A stretch of 64,000 nucleotides of DNA from Selaginella moellendorffii (GCF_000143415.4 NW_003314299.1:62001-126000); one strand, 5' to 3'; shown: positions 11,291 to 22,601, counted from the first letter of the stretch. Notes: generated by a model from the sequence alone, not told the origin. Translations and numbers: made by a program.

Positions 11291-13684
11291 TTATCCATCC
11301 CGGTATAAATTCGATAGCAACACGTAAGGAGCAGTCTTCTTCTTGTTAGTGCTCTTCGTTACCATGGCTTCCATCTCTTCCTCCTTCCGGATGAGCGAAG
11401 CCACTGCTCGCTTCCCACGCTTCTCATCGCCATGGATCCTACACGCCGCCAGCAGCGCCGTCCACGCCTCCCCGCCGCCACCGCCCTTGACCAGCTCCTC
11501 CGCCGCCACCAAATGCCCAGATCTCCCAAGAACATCCACCACCGCGTTCCAGTGATCCTCGCCAGCTCTCACCCCCCAGTCCACCACCATCCCCGCCAAG
11601 TGATCCAGCGCCTCGCCGACGAGCCCGCCATGGTTGCAAGCGTGGAGCAGCGTCAAGAGCGTCACCTCGTCGGGAGAGATCCCCTCCATCTTCATGTCCA
11701 GCAGCAAATCCACCCGCGCGCGCTCGCCGCTAGCGCTCGACTGGAGCATCACGTTCCAGGACACCACGTCCCGCTCCGGCATCCCATCAAAAAGCGATTT
11801 TGCTGCGCGGAGCTTGCCTCTTTGAGCTGCCGCCACCACCATGACGTTCCAGATTACCATGTCTCGCTCCGGGATCTCCCAGAAGAGCTCCACTGCTCGG
11901 TCGAAATGCCGGCTTCCAACGTAGCCCAGTAGCATCGAGGCCCAGGAGACAGTGTCGTGCTCGGGCATGAGCCGAGAGAACACCACCTCGGCCTCGTCCA
12001 CGCAACCGTTCTCGGCGTAGCCGGCCACCATTGTGTTCCAGGACACGATGTTCTTCTCGGGCATCCGCTCAAGCACCGTCCTGGCATCGCCCAAGTTTCC
12101 AGTCCGAGCGTACGCCGCCACCATCGAGTTGCCCGAGATGGTGTTCCTCACCGGCATTGCCTCGAACAGCGCCCGAGCTCGCTCCAAATCCCCGGGGCGA
12201 GCGTAGGCTGCGATCATCGCGTTCCACGACACCACGTCTCGGAGTGGCATCGCTTCAAAAACTGTTTTTGCGCACTCCACCATCTCGGCTTGCGCGTATC
12301 CGACCACCATCGTCGTCCAGGCCACCACGTCCCGCTGCGGCATCTCGTCAAACAGCCTCTTTGCTTCCTCCATCTCGCCTCTTCTCGCGTAGGCCTGGAT
12401 CAAGGCCGTGAATGACACAACGTTCCTCCTTGGCATCCTCTCGAACACGTCCCTGGCTTGTTCTACGTGACCATCTTGAGCATACGCTTGAACCATCGAG
12501 TTCCACGACACTGTGTCCGGTTGAGGCATCCGATCAAACGCGGCCTTTGCTTGGACAAGCTCGCCTCTCTCCACGCTCGACTGGAGCATCACATTCCAGG
12601 AGATGGAGTTCCTCTCTTTCATCTTGTCAAACAGCTCCCGGGCCTCCTCCACGCGACCGTGATCCGTGTACGCTGTGATGAGCGCGTTCCAAGTTACCAA
12701 GTTCCTGTCCGGCATCCGATCGAAGATGGTCTTCGCGTCTTCCAGGAAACCATGACTGGCGTAAGCGTTCATCATCGTCGTCCATGCGATCGCGTCGGGG
12801 CACTGGATTCTCTCGAACAAAGCTCTCGCTTCTTCCAAGTCTCCATTCTCAGCGTGGCCCTGGAGCATCGCCGTAGAGGCCACGACGTTCTCCATCGGCA
12901 TCCTCTCGAACAAAGCTCTGGCCTCGCCAATCTCTCCTCCAGCAACGTAAGCCCGGATCATCGTCGTCCATGACACCGAGTCTCGCAAGATCATGCTCTC
13001 GAAAACCTCTCTCGCCAGATCAAGTTGCCCGTTTCCGGCATATCCCGCCACCATAGCGTTCCACGAAACCACATCCTTGAGCGGCATGCAATCGAAGAGC
13101 TTCTTTGCCTCTTCCATTTTTCCAGACTTTGCATGACCCGTGATCATAGCGTTCCACGCGATCACATTCTTGTGAGGCATCGAATCAAACAGCTCTGTCG
13201 CTCGACACAGATCCCCCGCCTTGGCAAATGCGGCAACCACGGTTGTCCACGAGACGATATCCGGTGATGGCATCACTCTAAACACTTCCATCGCTCTTTC
13301 CAAAAGCCCGCTTTTCACGTACGCCTGGATCATTCCATTCCATGACACTCGATCCTTTCTGGGCATGCTCTGGAACACGCATCTTGCTTGAGCAATATCT
13401 CCGTTTCGGGCATATGCCGCAAGGAGGATGTTCCACGACACCAAGTTCCTGTCGCTGATCCGATCGAACACCGCTCGAGCCTCCTCCACGCTGCCGCACT
13501 TTCCATACATTTCAATCACAAGATTCCACAGATGCAAGCTTTCTTTCAGGTCCCTGTTCCGTTCTATTCTCGCATGGACTTTCCTCGCTTCGCCCAAGTT
13601 CTTCGAGTTGCCGTACGATTTGATGGACCGGACGAGAGAATTAAAATCGCCTTGCGCTGGAATCGCCGGGAATCCCTGGATCAT
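11291..13684 (-). CDS. PLS-class PPR protein, 797 aa, intronless: L + 19 consecutive S/SS motifs + P2-L2-S2 + E1 + truncated E2, no DYW; probable organellar RNA-editing specificity factor
   Basis: 31-aa repeats of the type VVSWNAMIAAYARxGxxxxARxxFxxMPxRD; C-terminal WTALLAACRIHG and YVLLSNLY. Confidence 0.92.
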   Translation of the reverse strand: MIQGFPAIPAQGDFNSLVRSIKSYGNSKNLGEARKVHARIERNRDLKESLHLWNLVIEMYGKCGSVEEARAVFDRISDRNLVSWNILLAAYARNGDIAQARCVFQSMPRKDRVSWNGMIQAYVKSGLLERAMEVFRVMPSPDIVSWTTVVAAFAKAGDLCRATELFDSMPHKNVIAWNAMITGHAKSGKMEEAKKLFDCMPLKDVVSWNAMVAGYAGNGQLDLAREVFESMILRDSVSWTTMIRAYVAGGEIGEARALFERMPMENVVASTAMLQGHAENGDLEEARALFERIQCPDAIAWTTMMNAYASHGFLEDAKTIFDRMPDRNLVTWNALITAYTDHGRVEEARELFDKMKERNSISWNVMLQSSVERGELVQAKAAFDRMPQPDTVSWNSMVQAYAQDGHVEQARDVFERMPRRNVVSFTALIQAYARRGEMEEAKRLFDEMPQRDVVAWTTMVVGYAQAEMVECAKTVFEAMPLRDVVSWNAMIAAYARPGDLERARALFEAMPVRNTISGNSMVAAYARTGNLGDARTVLERMPEKNIVSWNTMVAGYAENGCVDEAEVVFSRLMPEHDTVSWASMLLGYVGSRHFDRAVELFWEIPERDMVIWNVMVVAAAQRGKLRAAKSLFDGMPERDVVSWNVMLQSSASGERARVDLLLDMKMEGISPDEVTLLTLLHACNHGGLVGEALDHLAGMVVDWGVRAGEDHWNAVVDVLGRSGHLVAAEELVKGGGGGEAWTALLAACRIHGDEKRGKRAVASLIRKEEEMEAMVTKSTNKKKTAPYVLLSNLYRDG

Positions 13685-13826
13685 TAATTTTCTACACCAT
13701 CCCAGATATTACTCGCTCTGGCTTGACAATGGATCGTTAGAATCCAATATTTTCAATTGAGATTGTGTTTTGACTTTATACCTTTTGGTTTATAAATCGC
13801 CATTCATACACGAGAGATTGATTTAT
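13685..13826. promoter_or_regulatory. Short divergent spacer shared by head-to-head PPR and CYP450, with palindromic TTTATAAA (13789-13796)
   Basis: The spacer is repeated at ~19832, 22448, 38815, 47620 and 52717. PPR and CYP start codons are only ~130-155 bp apart (22447/22602; 52716/52846). Confidence 0.5.
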
Positions 13827-14560
13827 TCGCAAGCCTTGGCAAGATCTATGGCCCGATCATCCACCTGAAAGGTGGAGTGGTGGACTACATTGTCATCAAC
13901 TCCATCGCCATAACTCACGATTTGGAGTTTGCTTATCGCCCGGCTAGTAAGTTTGGCTATGGTTTCAAAGACATCAAATCACGAGCAGGCACTTCATGAG
14001 CAACACGAGGCTGGATGGTTTTGCGGGGATCTACGAAATGGAGATGGCGAAATCGATCAAAGCCATTCAAAGCTCTGGCGATCATGCTCCCGTCAACCTG
14101 ACCGATGCAGTCGGCAAATTTATCTCGGATGCATTTTGTATGATTCTCTTTGGCAGCACAGAGGAGAGAGTTTTGGATCTGGTAGCCCAAATCGAAAACC
14201 AAACACTCAAGTCATAACCTGTCAAGCACTCGGACCTCGTCAACTTACCTTACATCGAAGCAATCTTCAATTAAGTTTTGCGACTCCATCCAGTGGGAGC
14301 TCTTGGCGTTCCTGACCACAATCCATCCAAGGTAACAATCGCAGGCTACGACATCCCCAAGCACTGCACCGTTCTCATCCCAAACGGTACTGGGACGAGC
14401 CCGAGGTGTTTTGCTCGGAGCGTTTCCTGGGCGATCGAGCGAAATCCAACCAAGAGCGCATGATGCCATTCCCGGCATGCCGATAGCTTCCCGCGTGGTT
14501 CCTTTTGTGGTTGCAAACTTGCTCCATGTTTGATTGGAAGAGTGCAGGCGAGATCGATTT
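13826..14560 (+). pseudogene. CYP450 pseudogene copy (multiple deletions/frameshifts)
   Basis: Colinear fragments of the 22602 CYP sequence (NTRLDG, DAFCMILFG, HPVGALGVP). Confidence 0.85.
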
Positions 14561-14584
14561 GTCCGAAAAGTCGGGAACTCCCTC

Positions 14585-14886
14585 ATTTTCCCGGCATTCC
14601 ACGAAGCCACATCCTTGAGAGGCATGCGATCAAAGAGCTTCTTTGCCTCCATGCGATCACATTTTTTTGAGGCATCTCATCAAACAACTCTGTCGCTGAT
14701 CCGATCGAACACGCTGCCGCACTTTCCATATACAAGATTCCACAGCTGCAAGCTTTCTTCAGGTCCCTGTTCCGTTCTACCCTCGCATGGACTTCGCCCA
14801 AGTTCTTCGAGTTGCTGTACGATTTGATGGACCGGACGAGAAAATTAAAATCGCCTTCCACTGGAATCACTAGAATCCTGGATCAT
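14585..14886 (-). pseudogene. PPR N-terminal fragment
   Basis: GDFNFLVRSIKSYSNSKNLGE... homologous to the N-terminus of the 13684 gene, heavily deleted. Confidence 0.8.
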
Positions 14887-15337
14887 TATTTTCTACACCA
14901 TCCCTCGTTCTAATCGTTGTAGCGATATTGTGAAAAAGATCAAATTATTTATGAGCATCACATCACAAGTTCTTTACCCATGAATTTATCATGTTACACA
15001 ATTTTCAACTCACAATCTCAAAAAATCTTAAGAGATCTGTGAGTATCACATCACATCAAAATAATCTCACTTCATCAAGATAAAAAGAAATGGTTAACAT
15101 GAGAAATATGCCTAGAGTCGTACCTCCCATCTCCACCAAAAAATGGACTGTGGACAGAAATGATGAGAATCCAAAAATTTAATCAAAACTCACATTGAGT
15201 GTGAACACCCCGGCCCTCTCTCAATCCCCGCGCTCCCACACCTTTGTATTTTATACCTTTCTTATTACATCCTTTAAACTGGAAGCACAAATTTTGAACC
15301 CGGGACCTTTAGGTTTATAAAGCTTCAAGAGATTACC

Positions 15338-16250
15338 ATGGTGTGCGGTGCTATGCTTGCTCTTTACTTCATCCTTTGCAATGTGAGAACTCTTCGAAGA
15401 TTACCACCAGGTCCGATCTCTCTGCCAATAGTTGGATCCATTTTCTCTCTAAGATATCTACTCCATCGCTGTTTCGCAACGCAAGCCTTGGCAAGATCTA
15501 TGGCCCGGTCATCCACCTGTGGTGGACTACATTGTCATCAACTCGATCGCCATAGCCAGGGAGGTCTTGATCACTCGCGATTTGGAGTTTGCTTATCCCC
15601 CAGCTAGTAAGTTTGGAGAGTACTTCAGCTATGGCCTCAAAGACATTGACTCTTGGTCCAGTCCTGGAAGAACCTTAAGCAAATCACGAACGGCACTTGA
15701 TGAGCAACACGAGGCTGGATGGTGTTGCGGGGATCTACGAACTAGAGATGGCAAAATCGATCAAACCCATTCACAGCTCTGGCAATCATGCTCCCCCGTC
15801 AACCTGACTGATGCGGTCAGCAAGTTTCTCTGGGATGCATTTTGTATGATTCTCTTTTGCAGCATAGAGGAGAGAGTTTTGGATCTGGTAGCCCAAATCG
15901 AAAACCAAACACTCAACGTCAAGTCACATCCTGTCAAGCACTCGGACCTCGTCAACTCACCTTACATTGAAGCAATCTTCAAATAAGTGTTGTGACTCCA
16001 TCCAGTGGGAGCTCTTGGCGTTCCTCACCACAATCCATCCAAGGTAACACTACGACATCCCCAAGCACTGCATCGTTCTCATCTCATACGGCACTGGGAG
16101 GAGCCCGAGGTGTTTCGCCCGGAGCGTTTCCTGGGCGATCAAGTGAAATCCAACTCGGGCATGCCAATAGCTTCCTGAGTGGTTCCTTTTGTGGTTGTAA
16201 ACTTGCTCCATGCGTTTGATTGGAAGAGTGCAGGCGAGATCAATTTTTCC
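15338..16250 (+). pseudogene. CYP450 pseudogene copy
   Basis: RRLPPGPISLPIVG start, frameshifts, internal deletion, heme motif lost. Confidence 0.85.
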
Positions 16251-16259
16251 TAGAAGTCT

Positions 16260-16625
16260 GAATCTCTCTCGCGTTCCTGGCATATCCTGCCACCATGACG
16301 TTCTGCAAAACCATATCCTTGAGAGGCATGCGATCTAACAGCTTCTTTGCCTCTTCCAATTTCCAAGCCTTTGCATAACCTATGATCATAGCATTCCATG
16401 TGATCACATTCTTAGAAGGCATCTAATGAAACAGCTCCATCGCTCCTGCTTTGGCAAATGCAGCTACCACCCTTGCCCATGAGACTATATCTGGGGATGA
16501 TATTGCTCTAAACACTTCAAACACTCTTTGAAAAGCCCGTTTTTCATGTAGGCCTGGATCATTCCATTCTATGGCACTTGATCCTTCATGGGCATACTAT
16601 GGAACATGCATCTTGCATGAGCAAT
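16260..16625 (-). pseudogene. Diverged PPR fragment (paralog at ~48525-48865)
   Basis: KNVITWNAMIIGYAKAWKLEEAKKLLDRMPLKD. Confidence 0.75.
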
Positions 16626-16755
16626 CTTACTTAACACAAACTAAGGGAATATTTTAAGAGTATTTTATGATTTGGGGATTTTAGGCTGGTTCACTTATGT
16701 CATGTTCTTTTAGGGATGGTTGAAGAGTGCAATATAAATCCTAATGAAGAGTTAT

Positions 16756-17580
16756 TGTAGCACACCTTATCTCTCTCCCTTTAAGCCAATTGGAAAAGGG
16801 GCAATTGCTTGATGAGAGAGCCCTTAGTGGCTATTTTATCCCCATTTATCCCCCAAGGTTCCAAGGATTCACGGTGACAGTATATTGACTAACAACCCCT
16901 AATCACATGCGCTACACTCACCCCCCCTCCCTTCAGATATGTCAATGTTCTCATTGACTATTGACTAACAACCCCTAATCACATGCGCTACACTCACCCC
17001 CCCTCCCTTCAGATATGTCAATGTTCTCATTGACTATTGACTAACAACCCCTAATCACATGCGCTACACTCACCCCCCCTTCAGAGATGTCAATGTTCTC
17101 ATTGACTATTGACTAACAACCCCTACTGAGCCAAGGGGAACCAGCACCTTCATTTCCGCACTCAATCTACCAATCCTTCCATTGTGTAGACTAGCTATTC
17201 CATGTAAGGCAACTAGTCATCCACCCGTACCGCAGTCCCACGGTGGATACCTTCGTCCGTGGATACACCACACAAGAGGAAGGACGTACGCATGGATGCC
17301 CAATACGTACGATTTCAAATTTAGGGGTAGGAATATACCTTGCTCAAGGGTATATTATACTTTTAAGTAGTCACTAATCAATGGGAATCGAACTCATGCC
17401 ATTTGCTCCGATACCAACTGTAGCGCACCTTATCTCTCTCCCCTTAAACCAACTAGAAAAGGGGCAATTGCTTGATGAGAGAGCCCTTAGTGGCTATTTT
17501 ATCCCTATTTATCCTCCAAGGTTCCAAGGATCCACGGTGACAGTATATCTAAATCTCATCCCATGATCACATGCGCTACA
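16756..17580 (-). mobile_element. TRIM (terminal-repeat retrotransposon in miniature), ~161-bp LTRs 16756-16916 and 17419-17580
   Basis: TG...CA ends, perfect 5-bp TSD GTTAT, tRNA-iMet-like PBS (TGGTATCGGAGC, minus strand, 17405-17416), PPT complement CTCACCCCCC next to the other LTR, no coding capacity. Confidence 0.9.
16885..17124. repeat. ~76-bp tandem repeat x3.2 spanning the TRIM LTR end and PPT
   Basis: TTGACTAACAACCCCT unit starts at 16885, 16961, 17037 and 17109. Confidence 0.9.
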
Positions 17581-17614
17581 GTTATAGTGATAATATCTAA
17601 TAAAGAGGAAGAGA

Positions 17615-19307
17615 CTTTTGATGAGCAACGACTACAAGTATTTATAGATTTTCAAGGCTAATGAAGGACCTTGGAGAAGTTTGATATTTTCTTGGTCTTG
17701 AGATTCACCATGACAAGAAAATAAGGTCCCTTCACATCTCTCAACAACAATATTTAACGAAGGTACTTGAGAGTTATGGATATACTAATTGCAATCTTTT
17801 TCATTTGGCAATGGAGCCTGGTACATCAAGTTCTTGACAAAAGCTGAGTGTCCTTTCAGCAAAGAGGAGCATCAAACCATGGCAAAGGTACCATTTCGAA
17901 ATTTGCTTGGGATTTTGATGTACATTATGGTGTGCAGCTATCTAGATTTGGCTTATGTTGTCATTGCTCTTAGCCAATTTTCTGCTAATCCTAGCAAGAA
18001 ACATTAGAACATGGCTAATGTAAAGCAAACTCTTGCTTTTGGACTATTGTATGGTTTATGTGGTGGTTTTTCTCTTTTTTCTTACAATAACAGCAACTTA
18101 TCAAATGATAGAAATAGTTATAAATCCATATTAGCATTTCGCTTCCAACTTGGAATAAACTTTGTTCTTTGGGCTTGAATATCCCAAGACCCTTAACCAA
18201 TTGGAAAAGAGGGTGCACTTTTGTTTATGAGTTCTTTCTTTTTATATTTGAACTTCATAGATTGTCTCTCAAGTCATTTTCTTTAGTTTTTTATAATCCA
18301 CCATGTTTCCTTGCAAATTCACATATTTGTGAATGGAAGCCCAAGACCCTTAACCAATTGGAAAAGGGGGTGCATTTTTGTTTATAAACTCTTTCTTTTT
18401 ATATTTGAACTTTATAGATTGTTTCTCGAGTTGTTCCCTTTGGTTTTTTATAATCCACCATGTTTCCTTGCAAATTCATGTATTTGTGAATGGAAGTTGA
18501 GAGCCGCAAATGTCAATTAACATGTAGTATAATTCCTTTAGCCAACCAACAAAGTCGAATCCAAGACCCTTCTAATACCAAATGTAAACTCTTGAATTTA
18601 GACTTTCCGAAAGGTCACCCAACCCATTACTATTCAAACCCAATAACACTTAATCCTGAATATCCCAAGACTTTTAACTAATTGGAAAATGGTGGATCGT
18701 CTCTCGAGTTGTTCCCTTTGACATTGCTCTTTCCTCCACAAAAGCAAAGTATCTTGCTACCTTAGCTACTTCCACATAAATTCTTTGGTTTCAAGAATTT
18801 CTTGGAGCTCTTGGGCAATCTTCCATACCAATTACTCTCCATGTTAATAACAAGGAAGTTATCAATTGGTGCAATAGTGAATTGCAATTGGAAGTCTCAA
18901 CATATTGCCAAGCACTATCACTATGTTAGTGATTTGGTACACACAGGTTTATTAATGGTTCAACATGTTTCTTCTTGACAACAACTTACTAACATCTTTA
19001 CAAAACCTTTGGATAAAGTTCTATTTGTGGAACACAGGAATTCTATTGGAAGCCTTGACTGAGAAGGAAGTAGCAACAACAGTCACACCCTTGGCTTTAG
19101 GAGGAGTGTTGGAGCCGAAATCCAAGGTGTGATAAGCACCTTGAATCATGGAGATCAAAAGCCACATTCAGCAACAAATTTCAGGAGAAACTTCTGGATG
19201 TAGCTAGTATATAACTAGTATTTCTTTCTTCTTTTATAAAGCAGTTGTTCCAGTTTCCTTCTAAAAGGATCCTGTTCATTCTTTGCTATCCTTCTAGCAC
19301 TTTGTCA
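17615..19307 (+). mobile_element. Ty1/Copia 3' remnant (RT C-terminus, RNase H, PPT, LTR 19107-19307), duplicate of the 3' end of Copia-A
   Basis: MKDLGE..FLGL, PFRNLLGILMYIMVC..DLAYVV, RNase H-like segment with stops, AGGAGGAG PPT, and a TGTTGG...TGTCA LTR followed by ATCAT and PPR sequence. Confidence 0.85.
18177..18720 (-). mobile_element. Cassandra-like TRIM remnant with a 5S rRNA-like segment (18601-18656) in its LTR, inserted in the Copia remnant; includes an ~157-bp tandem duplication
   Basis: The reverse complement TTAAGTGTTATTGGGTTTGAATAGTAATGGGTTGGGTGACCTTTCGGAAAGTC resembles the 5S A-box/IE/C-box. PBS-like TGGTATTAG lies next to the LTR boundary at ~18582. Homologous to 60830-61283. 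Confidence 0.65.
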
Positions 19308-19831
19308 ATCATATTCTTGTGAGGCATCGAATCAAACAGCTCTGTCGCTTGACACAGATCCCCCGCCTTAGCAAATGCGGCAACCACGGTTGTCCACGAG
19401 ACGATATCCGGTGATGGCATCGCTCTAAACACTCCCATCGCTCTTTCCAAAAGCCCGCTTTTCACGTAGGCCTGGATCATTCCATTCCATGACACTCGAT
19501 CCTTTCTGGGCATGCTCTGGAACACACATCTTGCTTGAGCAATATCCCCGTTTTGAGCATATGCCACAAGGAGGATGTTCCACAACACCAAGTTCCTGTC
19601 GCTGATCCGATCAAACACCACTCGAGCCTCCTCCATGCAGCCGCACTTTCCATGCATTTCAATCACAAGGTTCCACAGATGCAAGCTTTCTTTCAGGTCC
19701 CTGTTCCGTTCTATCCTTGCATGGACTTTCCTCGCTTCGCCCAAGTTCTTCGAGTTGCCGTACGATTTGATGGACCGGACGAGAGAATTAAAATCGCCAT
19801 GCGGTGGAATCGCCGGGAATCCCTGGATCAT
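19308..19831 (-). pseudogene. PPR N-terminal fragment truncated by the Copia LTR
   Basis: ORF 19286..19831 is nearly identical to the first ~175 aa of the intact PPR, then runs into the LTR. Confidence 0.85.
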
Positions 19832-19974
19832 TAATTTTCTACACCATCCCAGATATTACTCGCTCTGGCTTGACAATGGATCGTTATAGAATCCAATATT
19901 CTCAATTGAGATTGTGTTTTGACTTCATACCTTTGGGTTTATAAATCGCCATTCATATACGAGAGATTGATTTA

Positions 19975-20897
19975 TTCCGTGCTTGCTCTACACTTCATCC
20001 TTTGCAATGCGAGAACTCTTCGAAGATTACCACCAGGTCCGCTAATTGTTGGATCCATTTTCTCTCTCCACTTGATATCCACTCCATCGCTGTTCCCGAT
20101 CATCCACCTGAGAGGAGAGTGGTGGACTACATTGTCCAGCTATGGCTTCAAAGACATTGACTCTTGCTCCATGTAGTCAGTCCTGGAAGAACCTTCAGCA
20201 AATCACGAACAGGCACTTGATGAGCAACACGAGGCTGGATGGTGTTGCGGGGATCTACGAACTAGAGATGGCAAAATCGATCAAACCCATTCACAGCTCT
20301 GGCAATCATGCTCCCGTCAACCTGACTGATGCAGTCACCAAGTTTATCTCGGATGCATTTTGTATGATTCTCTTTGGCAGCATAGAGGAGAGAGTTTTGG
20401 ATCTGGTAGCCCAAATCGAAAACCAAACACTCAACGTCAAGTCACAACCTGTCAAGCACTCGGACCTCGCCTTACATTGAAGCAATCTTCAAAATAAGTG
20501 TTGTGACTCCATCCAGTGGGAGCTCTTGGCGTTCCTCACCACAATCCATCCAAGGTAACATTTTCAGGTTCAAGCACTGCATCGTTCTATACTTTTGGAA
20601 CCCCCTACAGCGGATGAGCCCGAGGTGTTTCGCCCGGAGCGTTTCCTGGGCGATCGAGCGAAATCCAACCAAGAACTCATGATCCCATTCTCTGCCGGGA
20701 GGAGAACTTGTCCGGGCATGCCAATAGCTTCCCGCGTGGTTCCTTTTGTGGTTGCAAGCTTGCTCCATGCGTTTGATTGGAAGAGTGAAGGCGAGATCGA
20801 TTTGTCCGAGAGGTCGTCGGGAACTCTCTCGTGTATGCCGGCGTCCGACTTGGTGGCATTCGCATCGGCAAGGCTCGAAACGTCTGTCTATACCTGA
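19975..20897 (+). pseudogene. CYP450 pseudogene copy
   Basis: Frameshifted and internally deleted; retains PERF and PFSAGRRTCPG. Confidence 0.85.
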
Positions 20898-20959
20898 GAC
20901 AACGTTGTCTTTGAATTGCGTTCACAATTGATCACAATCACTTCATGTTCTACGAAAAT

Positions 20960-22447
20960 CCCATCTCTCATCCAAATGCCCGGGGCGAGCGTAGGCTGCG
21001 ATCATCGCACTACACCATCTCGGCCTACGCGTATCCGACCACCATCTTCGTCCAGGCCACCACGTCCCGCTGCGGTATCCCGTCAAACAGCCTCTTTGCT
21101 TCCTCCATCTCGCCTCTTCTTGCGTAGGCCTGGATCAAGGTCGTGAATGACACGACGTTCCTCCTCGGCCTCATCTCGAACACGTCCCTGGCTTGTTCTA
21201 CGTAACCATCTTGAGCATACGCTTGGACCTTCGAGTTGTCAGGTTGAGGCATCCGACCAAACGCGGCCTTTGCTTGGACAAGCTCGCCTCTCTCCACGCT
21301 CGACTGGAGCATGATATTCCCTCGTCAGGATCGTGCAAACGAGGCAGCGAAGAGTCTTGTTTCTCGATCAAGGACGAGAAAAGCACGGTCTGCTCTTCTC
21401 TTTGAGATGGAGTTCCTCTCTTTCATCTTGTCAAACAGCTCCCGGGCCTCCTCCACGCGACCGTGATCCGTGTACGCTGTGATGAGCGCGTTCCAAGTTA
21501 CCAAGTTCCTCTCCGGCATCCGATCGAAGATGGTCTTCGCGTCTTCCAGGAAACCATGGCTGGCGTAAGCGTTCATCATCGTCGTCCATGCGATCGCGTC
21601 GGGGCACTGGATTCTCTCGAACAAAGCTCTCGCTTCATCCAAGTCTCCATTCTCGGCGTGGCCCTGGAGCATCGCCGTAGAGGCCACGACGTTCTCCATC
21701 GGCATCCTCTCGAACAAAGCTCTGGCCTCGCCAATCTCTCCTCCAGCAACGTGAGCCCGGATCATCGTCGTCCACGACACCAAGTCTCGCAAGATCATGC
21801 TCTCGAAAACCTCTCTCGCCAGATCAAGTTGCCCGTTTCCGGCATATCCCGCCACCATAGCGTTCCACGAAACCACATCCTTGAGCGGCATGCAATCGAA
21901 GAGCTTCTTTGCCTCTTCCATTTTTCCAGCCTTTTCATGACCCGCGATCATAGCGTTCCACGCGATCACATTCTTGTGAGGCATCGAACTGCTCTGTCGC
22001 TCAACGCAGATCCCCCGCCTTGGCAAATGCGGCAACCACGGTTGTCCACGAGACGATATCCGGTGATGGCATCGCTCTAAACACTCCCATCGCTATTTCC
22101 AAAAGCCCGCTTTTCACGTAGGCCTGGATCATCCATTCCATGACACTCGATCCTTTCTGGGCATGCTCTGGAACACGCATCTTGCTTGAGAAATATCCCC
22201 GTTTCGGGCATATGCCGCAAGCAGGATGTTCCACGACACCAAGTTTCTGTCGCTGATCCGATCAAACACCGCTCGAGCCTCCTCCACGCTGCCGCACTTT
22301 CCATACATCACAAGATTCCACAGATGGAAGCTTTCTTTCAGGTCCCTGTTCCGTTCTATCCTCGCATGGACTTTCCTCGCCTCGAACAAGTTCTTCGAGT
22401 TGCCGTACGATTTGATGGACCGGACGGTGGAATCGCCGCTAGATCAT
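20960..22447 (-). pseudogene. PPR pseudogene (3'-truncated, frameshifted, ~85-bp foreign insert)
   Basis: ORF pieces 22129..22389, 21325..22035 and 21025..21312. Confidence 0.85.
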
Positions 22448-22601
22448 TAATTTTCTACACCATCCCAGATATTAGTCGCTCTGGCTTGACAATGGACCGT
22501 TATAGAATCCAATATTTTCAATTGAGATTGAGATTGTTTTGACTTTATACCTTTGGATTGATAAATCGCCATTCATACACGAGAGATTGATTTATTTCAC
22601 C

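Noticed and set aside
16885-17124. Regularly spaced repeats resembling a CRISPR array
   Set aside because: The units are full tandem duplicates without unique spacers, the context is eukaryotic, and they lie inside a TRIM.
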